IMG/VR virus record: IMGVR_UViG_3300030376_003034
Coordinates: 1 to 40,682 of that record
Direction: 5' to 3' (one strand)
Source of the DNA: a virus
Taxonomy: Duplodnaviria > Caudoviricetes
Length of the DNA: 40,682 nucleotides
The translations under genes and the position numbers were made by a program. This document shows, in pieces, positions 8,420 to 18,557 of the stretch. Positions within the stretch are counted from its first letter, which is position 1. Each line of letters opens with the position of its first letter. Under the pieces are notes generated by a model. The model worked only from the letters and a program-made list of their open reading frames with translations, made no database searches and was not told the DNA's origin.

Positions 8420-9991
8420 TTATACCATTTCAATGTAAAGCTCATCTGGTGTCTCCACGGGCTCCCACGCGCCTTCATGAATGTAGTTGGCAAGTGCCAA
8501 TGACATTACGCAGTCATCAAAGCAGCTGGGTTCTGCTTCCATACTGCCACTCTCAGTGACCACATATGTCAGCATTTCTCGTATTGTTGTTTTGCTATTT
8601 AGCTGCAGCTCATCCTCACGCATTGAGGCTCTGAGCTGGTCTATGATTAGAGGTTTTGTCTTAGCTGTGGTGCTAAACCCCAGCTTTACAGTCTCACGGT
8701 CAGTTAGCTTGTCGTGTTGTACTTCTGTGTAGAAGTTAGGATAGTTGTAGTCTTTGCCTAATCTCGTACACGTAAGTATTCCATGACCGTTGTTTTCAAC
8801 GATGACCATCGCCTCGTTATAATACGTGCCCAAAGCATATAATATATCTGCGAAGTAATCTGGATGTACTTGACCACGCCAAACAGCCACCTGCTTCTTC
8901 TTACTGTCCAGAACCGTTGCCACTGACCAGTCACCATTTCGGACACCCATCGCCACATCAGCTCCAATGACATATCTTTCACCTTCATCATGTTTTATGT
9001 AAGTGGTTAGCTCGCCCCTGCTGTGGTTGACCCATTCGCCATCCTCAAGAGCGAGCCTTTCCTGCACATCGTTTGTTTGATCCAGCAGCTCTATAAGCTG
9101 GTCAGGATTAAACACAGGCCGGCCTGTAGTCAGGAATGCCTCGTCTGGGTAAGACGGGTACTCTTGTCTGAATAGGTCGATGCCGTTTTGTGCTATTTTA
9201 CGCCTACGAAACATAAGCTGTTCGTCATCTAAACTATGCTTATCGACTAGCTCTTGTTCATCTGGTGTGCGCTCAAACTTCTCTGTGACTTTCTCTCTAT
9301 ACTCAGGGTCAGTGAACCAAGGAATGAACACGGGTAAGAACCCATTTGTACCTTCCACGGCTCCTTTCCATAAGTTGTAGAAAACGCCATTTACTCCGTT
9401 TGCCGTGCTCTCGACAAATACTGCGGTATCATCTGTATTCGGAACTGCTTGGATAAGGCCGTTCCAAGTCTCCTCAGCCGTTGATTTAGGCCAGAATGCG
9501 AGTTCTGATGCGTGTACGCAGGAAAGGGTCTCACCTCTTCCCACGGCCTCGCCACCTGCTGTTGCGACAACATAACTACTATCGAGAACGTCAAAGCTCA
9601 ATTCCCTTCTAGATGAATACTTCGTATGAGGTTTAAGGATATCAGGGCAATGCTCGTGAAACCTTTTGGTCATGTCGAACAGAGCTCTGGTGCTATCGGC
9701 ATGGTGTGTAATAACCATAGCCTTGCGAGCCTTTTGTTGGCTCACAGTGAAGTACAGATAACCGCCTACATATGTAGACAGCCCCTGCTGCCGCGCTTTT
9801 AGGATAATGACCCTTATGCGGCCCTCACTGGCAAGCTGTTTGCTTATTGCCTCATTAAGTACCTGTTGTGCATCGTTCAAAACTAAAGGGGCTATATCGC
9901 CCCTCTTTGTTCTTATCTTCAGTGCAGCTTTTGAATAGAACCCGTACTCAGTGAGCAGTCTCTTTCGTACTGCTTTCAGTTTCTCGTCCAT
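8420..9991 (-). CDS. terL: Terminase large subunit
   Basis: Walker A-like 'IILKARQQGLST', Walker B 'VHASELAFW', 'VESTANG', nuclease motifs 'IGADVA' and 'DDCVMS'. Confidence 0.93.
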   Translation of the reverse strand: MDEKLKAVRKRLLTEYGFYSKAALKIRTKRGDIAPLVLNDAQQVLNEAISKQLASEGRIRVIILKARQQGLSTYVGGYLYFTVSQQKARKAMVITHHADSTRALFDMTKRFHEHCPDILKPHTKYSSRRELSFDVLDSSYVVATAGGEAVGRGETLSCVHASELAFWPKSTAEETWNGLIQAVPNTDDTAVFVESTANGVNGVFYNLWKGAVEGTNGFLPVFIPWFTDPEYREKVTEKFERTPDEQELVDKHSLDDEQLMFRRRKIAQNGIDLFRQEYPSYPDEAFLTTGRPVFNPDQLIELLDQTNDVQERLALEDGEWVNHSRGELTTYIKHDEGERYVIGADVAMGVRNGDWSVATVLDSKKKQVAVWRGQVHPDYFADILYALGTYYNEAMVIVENNGHGILTCTRLGKDYNYPNFYTEVQHDKLTDRETVKLGFSTTAKTKPLIIDQLRASMREDELQLNSKTTIREMLTYVVTESGSMEAEPSCFDDCVMSLALANYIHEGAWEPVETPDELYIEMV

Positions 9992-10469
9992 GCTGCTGCT
10001 CTTCTTCGTTTAATAAGCCCTCTAGGAAACTCTCAGCTTGACTGATAGCCATTTCGGACTTTGTTGCTGGCTTCTGTTTAGTAAAATCAAGAACCAATCG
10101 GGCTGCTTGCAGCCGGTCTCTGGTGGCATCAGGTGAACGCATTATCTCCACAGCTGTGGTCAATGCCTCTACTGCATACTCATTCTCGATACCGTGTTTC
10201 TTAGCCATAATCTTCACTACCTCTTCTGCCCCTTTGCGATTATCTTCACGCACTGGGGCTATAGTTTCTTTGCGATACCCATCGGGTACGCCTAAGGGTC
10301 TGCCGGCATTCTTACGGGGCCTAGATGACCACTCCTTACGTAATGCACGTCCCTCAGGCGTCTGCATTAATGTAGAAAAGTAGTTATTCTTGGCTGCCTT
10401 TTGCGGCATAGGTCCATTGCCGTACCTAGGTGGAGCCTTGGCACGTTGCTTTCTTGGTTTATCTGTCAT
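9948..10469 (-). CDS. Putative terminase small subunit
   Basis: Overlaps the terL start; basic N-terminus, 'AGRP.G', 'RLQAARLVLDFTK.KP'; AGGAG RBS favours ATG 10469. Confidence 0.6.
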   Translation of the reverse strand: MTDKPRKQRAKAPPRYGNGPMPQKAAKNNYFSTLMQTPEGRALRKEWSSRPRKNAGRPLGVPDGYRKETIAPVREDNRKGAEEVVKIMAKKHGIENEYAVEALTTAVEIMRSPDATRDRLQAARLVLDFTKQKPATKSEMAISQAESFLEGLLNEEEQQHGRETESSTKETAH

Positions 10470-10484
10470 ATACACTCCTGCAGC

Positions 10485-10561
10485 GGTTCCTTAGCTCAAC
10501 TGGATAGAGCAACTGCCTTCTAAGCAGTAGGTTGCAGGTTCGAGTCCTGCAGGGACCGCCA
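10485..10561 (+). tRNA. tRNA-Arg (anticodon TCT), 77 nt with encoded CCA
   Basis: Full cloverleaf: GGTTCCT/AGGGACC acceptor, GCTC/GAGC D-stem, ACTGC-CTTCTAA-GCAGT, GCAGG-TTCGAGT-CCTGC, G-CCA. Confidence 0.95.
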
Positions 10562-10562
10562 G

Positions 10563-13500
10563 TTATGCTGAGAGAGCACCTCTACCCATTGACAGAGCTG
10601 CTTGTTCCTCTTCTTCTTCACGCTCACCTACAGCAAGCATAGCCATGATTGTGGCTACGACAGCAGCAAGTGGAGCTGAGTAGAATTGCACAATATTCGA
10701 TGTCGGTGATGTAGCTGAGTTAAGCAACTTCTGCACAAACGCAGCTGCATTAGGTGCCTGTCTTTTAAAACCGGCTGGGTCTATAAAGTATGCAGATATT
10801 GCGTCAGCTAAAAGCTCTGAAGGCCTGTGCAGATAGGTAACTTCATGCTGTCGTATAGCATAATCAGATATGCGATATGCCTCTAACTTTTCGTAAACTT
10901 GGCGTATACGAGCTTGGTCTACAACCTCACCTGCATCATTTCTAATATCCAGTACACCTTTACGCTGCAGGTTAACAAGTTCATCTACAATAGACTGAGC
11001 TTGCTGCTGATCCATTTGCATTTGCTTTTTATCAGGGTTCTTAACTTTCTTATCTGCAGCAGCATACATAACTTGCACTAGATAAGAACGTAAACTGTTA
11101 GCCGTAATGCTTGGGTCTGCCATAACACCACCTTCAGTGATGCGAGGGAAACCTGAGAAAGACTTAGTGCGTTCCCCTATTGGGTCAGATGACATTCTCT
11201 CGATGCCATGTCCTAACTCATGGAATGCATTAAATATAGCATGTGGCAGGTCTACGCTTTTCTCTTTGTTGCCTTTAGGGTGTGTATACTGATCAAGGAC
11301 AGCTATGACACCAGCAACCTGCTTCTGGTCTACAAGGTCAGTCAGTTTTCTGTTGGGGTCTCGTGGCTCTAACGCGAAGCCACCTATAAACTTATTACTG
11401 GGAGCTGACCTGCTCGTACCTACCCTTGCAGCTGTATCTTTAAACATCCTGCTGGGGTTAGCATAAATCTGAAATGTATAGCCTAATGCTTCACCAATGA
11501 GCTGAGCTACACGTCTGTCCTGTACACCATTCTCAAAAGGCGTTCCAGCTTTGCCTACGGTGATAGGACCACCTTGGCCTAGTACAGCTTCAGCTGCGCC
11601 TAGTTGGTCTCTTACTTCACCTTGGGTTGGCGGCCTAGAACTTCCGCTTCTACCTCTGGGGGTAAAGTTGAAATCAGCTCTGGTTGCTGGGCGAAGCTGA
11701 CCGGCTTGAGGTTCGCTAGTCCTGCTATCAGGGCGTCCATCGCCTCGTCTGGGCACTGCTCCACTATCGAGCCTGTCTCGCTCTGCATTGCTGAGTGCTT
11801 CTTGGATTTGCTCATCTGTTATACCTTCTCTGGTTGCAGCAAGTTTAGCTGCGTCTAGATAATCGTTGTCTTCACCCTTACCTTTTGCAATGCCCATCTT
11901 CTCAGCAAGCTGCTTTTCTGGGTACCACATTAAGGCTTGGAAGTCGGCAGTATTTATATCATATCCCTGCTCAGATAACAACTCACGAGCCCTCTGCACA
12001 ACCTCACGCATGTATGAACGCTCAGGTCCATCCAAAGGGGAAGCCTGTAGCTTGTCAAACATCTTGTCTTTGTGTGTTCCAACAGCTGCTATCCACTTAG
12101 GCTTTACGTGATTCTTGCCAGTTCTGTTCTTATAGCGATTAAAGAACCGCTGATATCCAGCTGCTAGTTCTGCTATAACTTTATCGAAACGCTCAGGGTC
12201 TGTGTACAGCCCTCTACGTGTCTCACCTGTAGCCTCCAATGCCTCATCAACTAGACGCTTCATGTCTTTATCTTTGGTATCGATAATGCCACGCTTGATG
12301 ATGTTTCTACGTTTTAGGATGTTCTTTTCTGTTGATGGTGCCTCGAAAGGTCTGCCCACTAGCCGGTTCCACATACGCATCCACCAGATGTCCATGGTCA
12401 AGGGCTCGAAGTTACCACGTAGGTTCTGATAGAAGCCTTGCCCAATCTTAGGACCTAGCACATAGCTACCTTTAACGATTGTATCTACGCTTTCCTGTGA
12501 GCCTATAGTTATGTTGGTACCATTAGCTTCGTTAAATCTTTTTATGAACTCGCGCAGTTCCGCTACGGTGTAGTCATTATCCATAAACTGTTCTAGTGAC
12601 ATGTTCTGGCCTGACCGTTGCCAAGCATTAAAGAACTTGAAGCTATTACGCATAGCTTTGTTGCGTTCACCGCCTTGCTTGAAGTCCTCAGGCATGACGC
12701 CTGTGTCCAAGTAAGTTCTAAACGCATCAAGGGCGTACTTGAAGTTCTCTGTTACCGCTTGCCCGTTAGATGTAACAGCCAGTGCGAAGTCAAAGGCTTG
12801 TTCATTTGCATCAATGCGAGGCTCAATGATACGCAGTACGTCCTTAGCAGCTCTCAGCGTTGCGTCATACCAACCTATTGCGCTGTCATCTTTCTGCAGA
12901 GCCTGTAGACCTTCAGTTGCCATCATACGTGCAATTCGTTCTACGTTCTCAGGTGTGTATTCTAGTGGTGTATCCTGACCAGCAACTTGTTTCCACTTTT
13001 CAAACACATTGCCATAAGCAACCTCTAGCTTAGTTCTCTGCTCTGGAACAAACGTGCCTTCTTTCATCTCTGCAAGTTCTGCGTCTGTAGGCATCATGCC
13101 AACAGATGTCATACCTATGTCATCACCAATACCGAATGGGTCACTGGCCTCTGACAGAACCGGCTGCTGCTGCATGTTTAGGATGGGCTGCTGCTCTGGC
13201 TCAACTCTTATTGTGTCATAAATGACATGTTCTTTACCTTTGCTAGTTCTAATCTTAGCAACAGGGTTGCCTAAAGTCATAACACCATGACCAGATGGAC
13301 GCAAAAACGGCTGGTCTCCTGCCTTGATGTTAGATTGGTCTTTATCTAATGTTGTAGGGACATCCAGCTGCAAGTCTAAGGTGTAGTAATGCTTTTTAGG
13401 CTCACCTCTTTTCGGACTATGCACAAAAGCAACTAAGAACTCTTGGTCATTTTCACCTCTGTCGTGACCCTGTGGACGTTCACTCCAGTTCCACAGATTC

Positions 13501-16136
13501 ATGGTCTTTTTGCCATTTTTAGAAGTGTTAAACTTCTTATATAAGTTAGTTCTAAATGGCCTACCTAAAGACTTATCATCTGCTTTACCTTCCAGCTGCT
13601 GAGTAGCATCAACTTCCATGCCACCGAAGCCTTTAGGATTGATGTATATACGTGCACCGTCATATGTATTACCTGAGATGATATCTCCTTGCGGCACAGC
13701 GATATACTGACCCTCAGCATCAAACTGACCCAGTACTTTCTCTGACTGCAAAGGTGGTACAGGACGTACAGCCTGACCTTCGCCAATCTCTGGCACTGCC
13801 ATGAAGTTGGTTTCTACGTCTGCATCATTAGCCTGTTGGCCTACAACACGATTAATGTACGGCATCAGATATGTGTCAGCCAGCTCAGGTTGCTGCAGCT
13901 TTGCCTCTGCTCGCGCTGCGATATCCATTGCACGTTCAGCTGGGTTAGAACCTAAGTTGCTGCGTAGGTCTGCTAGAGCTTCGATAAGCACAAGTTTGTC
14001 TAGAGGTGCAATATTAGCATTACCATTTACAGCTTCTACGAGTGCATCATTAGCAGCTCTGTTGTCTTCAATGCCCCTCAGGTAGCCAGCTGATTCAGCC
14101 GGTGAAGGGTTAGCTGCTTGTGCTTGTGGTGCGATAGGTGTTTTGTCGCGTGTGACGCTGGTCTGGTTCTGATCCAGAGCAGTTCGCATAGCTGCACCGA
14201 TAGCTGTGAGGTTTGTTACTCTGCCACCTTCTTTGATGCTGCGAATCATGTCATCTGCATCACGTCTAACTGTAGGCATTGATGCTTTCATCTCTTCCAA
14301 CAGCTTTACAGCTTGCTGTGGTGACAGACCCATCTCTTTCAGCATTGTGTCTAATTGCAGGAACGGTAAGTCACCATTCTGTGCATAGAGCTCTTTGTGT
14401 ATCTCTTTTGCTCTTCTGGCATCAGCAGATGCAGCTGCTTTTAATGCTTCAGCTTCACGTTGACGTGCTCTGCGAACAGACGGAGAGCCGCTTGTATCGA
14501 TACCCTCAGAGGCTTCTACGTTGTCACTGATGTATTTTGCAACACGGCTTCTACGGCCCGTCAGGGCGTCTACAGTGCGTCCCGTTAAAACGGCTGCACC
14601 TTGTACCGCTGGAATAAGGGGGTTTACAGAGGCACCATACAGGGTACCTAGCACCCGTGTTGGTGTCTCAATAAGGCTGCGGTCAGAGTAACCTACGTTG
14701 GATGGTACAGGTGATAGCTGGTCTGTGTACTGAGACAGGCCGCCTATGTAACCTTCGTTATGCAGTGTAGTCAGCTCATTCATCTGCCTCATCAGAGACA
14801 GCATCCGCTGACCTTCCTGTGTGTTACCAACCAGCCTGTCAACAGCTTGCATCTCTTCGACACCGACTGTGCTCTTGGCTTTGTTACGTGCTTCTCGCTG
14901 CGCTGCAATAGCCATGACCTTATCCATGACTACAGACAGCTCATCTTGGTCAGTTATGCCTAGTTGTGCTTTGAGGTCACGAGCGAGCTGCTTGAGCTCT
15001 TCGGTCATTTGAATGTGCGCTTTATCAACAGCCTCACGAGCACCCTTTGTGCTACTCTTGCCTACATCACGCAGGTTTAGGTCATTAGCTTGTGCGATAC
15101 GGTCTAGACGCACTGCAAGCTCTGTAGCTGCCTGTGGGTCATTACCTACCATCACTGGGTTCAGTACCTCACCAGCCTCAGTCAGCTGTTGTGCAGCAGC
15201 TTCGCGTGTGCTTGAAGCTGTAGGTGCAAGATTAGTGACTGCGGATGTACCGCCACCTATGCCTGTTCCTAAGGCTCCTGCTTCTATCTGCCGGTCAATG
15301 ATTTCCTGTGGTGTATACTTGCCGCCCTGTGCAGCTGTAGTAGCTACCACAGCAGCATCTTGTCCCATTTCTGTGGCACCTTCTCCAACAGCAGCCTTGC
15401 TCACTTTGGATGCATATGCCTGTGCAGCATCACCAAAGCCTTTCTGTGAAAGCTCTTGGATAACTTCCTCAGCTGTCATATTGGATAGTTTATTTGTGGG
15501 TATAACTTTACCGGCACCAAAGCGGTCAAGAAAGGCAATAAGTGCGCCTGTTCCCAGAGCTACATTCTCATCATAATTGCCACCTAGCTTCTGCTCTTGC
15601 TCTAATGCAGATTCGCCGGTACCCATCAAGAATGAGCCGCCTGTAGCTGTTGCCGCTGTTGTAAAAGTTAGCCATGCAGGGGCAGAAAACAGCGCAGGAA
15701 CTAGACCTGCAATCGCCATACCACCGCTAGGCAAAGTCTCAAGCAGCTTCTCACCAAAAGCAGGTAGTAAGTTACCTTCTCCTTCTTGGTAATATTCACG
15801 CAGAGTTTTAGGATACTCTGGCTGATAACCACCTTCAGCAATGTCTTGCTGCTGGTTAGCAACAACTTGCGATCCATACTTTTCTATACCTTCGTTGCCT
15901 GTGCGTCTTCCAGCTGCTTCAATACCTTTGCCCATCAACATTTGAAGCTGGTCAACACCAAATGCAAGTGGACCATCAGTTCCCTGAGGTTGAGGTGCAG
16001 CTGGTTGTTGTTGTTGCTGCTGTGGCTGACTTCTGAGCTGCTTGTAAGCGTTAGCAACTGTGTCAAACTCAGGCGTACCTTTCCTGTTCTGATTAGCGAC
16101 TAGCCAATCAGCGTACTTCTGCATTTGCTGTGACAT
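10563..16136 (-). CDS. Large internal virion / DNA-ejection protein, multidomain (HhH-GPD-like and zincin-like motifs)
   Basis: 1857 aa; third of three Ala/Gln/Gly-rich genes after the nozzle; hydrophobic segments; GPKIG..TMDIWWMR..FQALMW and HELGH..ELLAD motifs. Confidence 0.7.
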   Translation of the reverse strand: MSQQMQKYADWLVANQNRKGTPEFDTVANAYKQLRSQPQQQQQQPAAPQPQGTDGPLAFGVDQLQMLMGKGIEAAGRRTGNEGIEKYGSQVVANQQQDIAEGGYQPEYPKTLREYYQEGEGNLLPAFGEKLLETLPSGGMAIAGLVPALFSAPAWLTFTTAATATGGSFLMGTGESALEQEQKLGGNYDENVALGTGALIAFLDRFGAGKVIPTNKLSNMTAEEVIQELSQKGFGDAAQAYASKVSKAAVGEGATEMGQDAAVVATTAAQGGKYTPQEIIDRQIEAGALGTGIGGGTSAVTNLAPTASSTREAAAQQLTEAGEVLNPVMVGNDPQAATELAVRLDRIAQANDLNLRDVGKSSTKGAREAVDKAHIQMTEELKQLARDLKAQLGITDQDELSVVMDKVMAIAAQREARNKAKSTVGVEEMQAVDRLVGNTQEGQRMLSLMRQMNELTTLHNEGYIGGLSQYTDQLSPVPSNVGYSDRSLIETPTRVLGTLYGASVNPLIPAVQGAAVLTGRTVDALTGRRSRVAKYISDNVEASEGIDTSGSPSVRRARQREAEALKAAASADARRAKEIHKELYAQNGDLPFLQLDTMLKEMGLSPQQAVKLLEEMKASMPTVRRDADDMIRSIKEGGRVTNLTAIGAAMRTALDQNQTSVTRDKTPIAPQAQAANPSPAESAGYLRGIEDNRAANDALVEAVNGNANIAPLDKLVLIEALADLRSNLGSNPAERAMDIAARAEAKLQQPELADTYLMPYINRVVGQQANDADVETNFMAVPEIGEGQAVRPVPPLQSEKVLGQFDAEGQYIAVPQGDIISGNTYDGARIYINPKGFGGMEVDATQQLEGKADDKSLGRPFRTNLYKKFNTSKNGKKTMNLWNWSERPQGHDRGENDQEFLVAFVHSPKRGEPKKHYYTLDLQLDVPTTLDKDQSNIKAGDQPFLRPSGHGVMTLGNPVAKIRTSKGKEHVIYDTIRVEPEQQPILNMQQQPVLSEASDPFGIGDDIGMTSVGMMPTDAELAEMKEGTFVPEQRTKLEVAYGNVFEKWKQVAGQDTPLEYTPENVERIARMMATEGLQALQKDDSAIGWYDATLRAAKDVLRIIEPRIDANEQAFDFALAVTSNGQAVTENFKYALDAFRTYLDTGVMPEDFKQGGERNKAMRNSFKFFNAWQRSGQNMSLEQFMDNDYTVAELREFIKRFNEANGTNITIGSQESVDTIVKGSYVLGPKIGQGFYQNLRGNFEPLTMDIWWMRMWNRLVGRPFEAPSTEKNILKRRNIIKRGIIDTKDKDMKRLVDEALEATGETRRGLYTDPERFDKVIAELAAGYQRFFNRYKNRTGKNHVKPKWIAAVGTHKDKMFDKLQASPLDGPERSYMREVVQRARELLSEQGYDINTADFQALMWYPEKQLAEKMGIAKGKGEDNDYLDAAKLAATREGITDEQIQEALSNAERDRLDSGAVPRRGDGRPDSRTSEPQAGQLRPATRADFNFTPRGRSGSSRPPTQGEVRDQLGAAEAVLGQGGPITVGKAGTPFENGVQDRRVAQLIGEALGYTFQIYANPSRMFKDTAARVGTSRSAPSNKFIGGFALEPRDPNRKLTDLVDQKQVAGVIAVLDQYTHPKGNKEKSVDLPHAIFNAFHELGHGIERMSSDPIGERTKSFSGFPRITEGGVMADPSITANSLRSYLVQVMYAAADKKVKNPDKKQMQMDQQQAQSIVDELVNLQRKGVLDIRNDAGEVVDQARIRQVYEKLEAYRISDYAIRQHEVTYLHRPSELLADAISAYFIDPAGFKRQAPNAAAFVQKLLNSATSPTSNIVQFYSAPLAAVVATIMAMLAVGEREEEEEQAALSMGRGALSA

Positions 16137-16137
16137 A

Positions 16138-17214
16138 TTAGTTTCCTACGATGGCATCTGCTGCGCTATAGTCGTATCCTTGTTGTGCAGGGGCTTCACC
16201 TTCTCTACCTGCTTGCATAATCTGACGAAGTTGGTTAACAGACGCCTCTGAACCAGCTGGGGGCTGGAATGAGTGCCCATCAAATCCATGAATCAGAGTA
16301 TTATAGACCCACTGGAACATCTGCAGGTTATAACGAAGCTGAGCAGGTGATTGGTCTTGGTCCAAATTACCGAACACAGACTGTAAGAAGTTAAGTTCTA
16401 AGTTAGATACTTGACCCAACGCACCACCTGTAGGTGAGTTGTCTCTCATATCCTGCAGCTTATCAAAGCCAGCATTCGCTTTAACAGCATCTAGAAGACG
16501 CTCTAGGTTCTTGGCATCAGTAGCTGGTAATATCTTCAGATAAGAACCTACACCAGCTGAGAAGTTGCTGATTAGTGGTATAGCTCTGCCTATGGCATCA
16601 TTAACAACAATAGAACCAAGCATTGCAGCTGGATTATCACCACCTTTACCTTTACCCTGAGCTTTCATCAGAGCTTGCAGACCTTTGTTATATGAGTTCA
16701 ACTCAGCTTGATACTGTGCTGCATCTGTTGCGCGGTTAGCATCTTGAATACGTCCATAGGCAGCTAAGCCTTTGTCCATTGCATTCAGACCACCGTCAGC
16801 TGCGCCACCCATAATCGCGCCACCCACTCGCATTAGCATCTCATTTGTTCCTATGCGGTTGTTAGCTGGTGGTGTTGGAGGTGTAAGGCTGAACGGTGTC
16901 ATTTTACGCTGCTGGTCTGTTGCACCGACTGCGCGATTTGTTTGCGGTATAGTTAAACGAGGTGCCTGTGTACCGTCAGGACGCATTGTTAGTAGCGATG
17001 GGTCTGCACTTTTAGCTGCTTGCGTGTAGACATCGTTCTGCATTGATGATGGTGTTGTACGGGGAGCAGGAGCAGGTGCATTTATGTTTGACAATATAGC
17101 TCTGCCAGTAGGTACAACTTGGTTATTATAAAAGCTATTGATTGCGTCAGACAGAGGGTTATTCATAGGGCCGTATAGGGCTTCCTGTTGTCTTCTATAT
17201 TCATCAAATGTCAT
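16138..17214 (-). CDS. Internal virion / ejection protein
   Basis: About 358 aa; 'KANAGFDKLQDMR..SPTGGALGQVSN.E' motif; GAGGGG RBS favours ATG 17214. Confidence 0.65.
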   Translation of the reverse strand: MTFDEYRRQQEALYGPMNNPLSDAINSFYNNQVVPTGRAILSNINAPAPAPRTTPSSMQNDVYTQAAKSADPSLLTMRPDGTQAPRLTIPQTNRAVGATDQQRKMTPFSLTPPTPPANNRIGTNEMLMRVGGAIMGGAADGGLNAMDKGLAAYGRIQDANRATDAAQYQAELNSYNKGLQALMKAQGKGKGGDNPAAMLGSIVVNDAIGRAIPLISNFSAGVGSYLKILPATDAKNLERLLDAVKANAGFDKLQDMRDNSPTGGALGQVSNLELNFLQSVFGNLDQDQSPAQLRYNLQMFQWVYNTLIHGFDGHSFQPPAGSEASVNQLRQIMQAGREGEAPAQQGYDYSAADAIVGN

Positions 17215-17225
17215 CGTCAGCCCCC

Positions 17226-18260
17226 TCAAAATCCATATGGGTTGTCACCGAAGCCCATGCCTCTAGAACCCATATTCGGAGCAAGCCCCTGTGCTTGCAT
17301 CACTGCTGGCTGCATAGGCGCAAATTGAGCACCTAACTGGTTGCCAAAACCGTAGCCTGACATCATGCCGCCTACAGTAGCTGAAAGTGGGTCAACCATG
17401 TTGGCTGGCACTTGTCCTACGGATTGAGGCGAATTGTTTAGTATGCCGGCATTGTATTTTGAGTACAGGTCCATCTGGAAATCACGGTCTCCCTCGAACC
17501 TTGCCCTGTCATCATTCATGCGGCCTTGTTCATCAGCTCGCAGCATTTCACCAGTTTGAATCATCTGATTAGCACCAGCATTCTGCATACCTTGATTATA
17601 CAGAGCACCTAGGTTCTGATTGGCAGTTGTCATGTTAGCAAGACGGTTCTGCTGCTCTGTCAGGGACCTGTTCATTAGTCTGTCTTGAATGTTTGCTGTT
17701 GTATCAGCCATGCGGTCTTGGAAACCGCGCTGAGCGATTGCTTCAGCTACACCTCTTCGGCTGCTGTTAGTGTTACCTGTCTGTGATGAACTCACGCCTG
17801 CCTGTGGCAGTGTGTTTTCCATAAGGTTGCGATAATCATCGCGCATTGCTTGAGCAATTAGAGGGTCAGCATTGTTAGCTGCATACTGCTGTGCGTTACT
17901 AAGCATGTTTTGAGAGGCTTGGTTATATAAGTTACCGTAGTTCTGACCAAAGCCACGTCCAATGTCCATGAAACCTGCAGCATCATTAGCCCCCATCTGA
18001 CCTGTATTCATCATGCTGTTGATGCCGTCTGTCTGCTGTTGATTTAGACCGGCATATGTGGGGCCTTGGTAGTAACCTTGGTCTAAAGCATAGTTAAGAC
18101 CTTCGGTGCCACCCTTATACATATCGGATATGTAAGGCTTGGCTAGATTAAACCCAGCCATCTGCGCTTGAATGGCAGCATCCTGAGCTTTTTGCTGACT
18201 TCTTGCTGCACTATGAGCTAACAGACCGCCAGCTATAGTGCCAAAAGCTGCTAAAGACAT
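17226..18260 (-). CDS. Internal virion / DNA-transfer (pilot) protein
   Basis: 344 aa; Gln/Gly/Ala/Met-rich, hydrophobic Gly-rich N-terminus, 'TNSSR' motif. Confidence 0.65.
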   Translation of the reverse strand: MSLAAFGTIAGGLLAHSAARSQQKAQDAAIQAQMAGFNLAKPYISDMYKGGTEGLNYALDQGYYQGPTYAGLNQQQTDGINSMMNTGQMGANDAAGFMDIGRGFGQNYGNLYNQASQNMLSNAQQYAANNADPLIAQAMRDDYRNLMENTLPQAGVSSSQTGNTNSSRRGVAEAIAQRGFQDRMADTTANIQDRLMNRSLTEQQNRLANMTTANQNLGALYNQGMQNAGANQMIQTGEMLRADEQGRMNDDRARFEGDRDFQMDLYSKYNAGILNNSPQSVGQVPANMVDPLSATVGGMMSGYGFGNQLGAQFAPMQPAVMQAQGLAPNMGSRGMGFGDNPYGF

Positions 18261-18277
18261 ATCTTAATTCCTCTTTG

Positions 18278-18556
18278 TTAGACATCAATCCATGATGTTC
18301 CGTTGTAAAGCACCAAACCCTCAGAACCATCGCCCAAGGGGTCCCACGGGCTGAGGTTGTACTTTAACATTCCTTTAACTGGGTTCTTTGGTGGTTCATC
18401 GAGAACCTCCACACCTGCAATTACAAGTGAACGTATAGAGTTCTCAATACGCTGTAGCTCATCCTGTAAGTATCGAATGATACTTTCTTCTAGCTGCGGT
18501 GTAGAGCCACGCTGGTAGCCACTTAACACTACATTTGTTTTCTCATTGACTGCCAT
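18278..18556 (-). CDS. Small tail-associated protein (92 aa)
   Basis: Follows the nozzle gene; 'YLQDELQRI', 'WDP.G.G.EGLV.YNG..W'. Confidence 0.6.
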   Translation of the reverse strand: MAVNEKTNVVLSGYQRGSTPQLEESIIRYLQDELQRIENSIRSLVIAGVEVLDEPPKNPVKGMLKYNLSPWDPLGDGSEGLVLYNGTSWIDV

Positions 18557-18557
18557 T

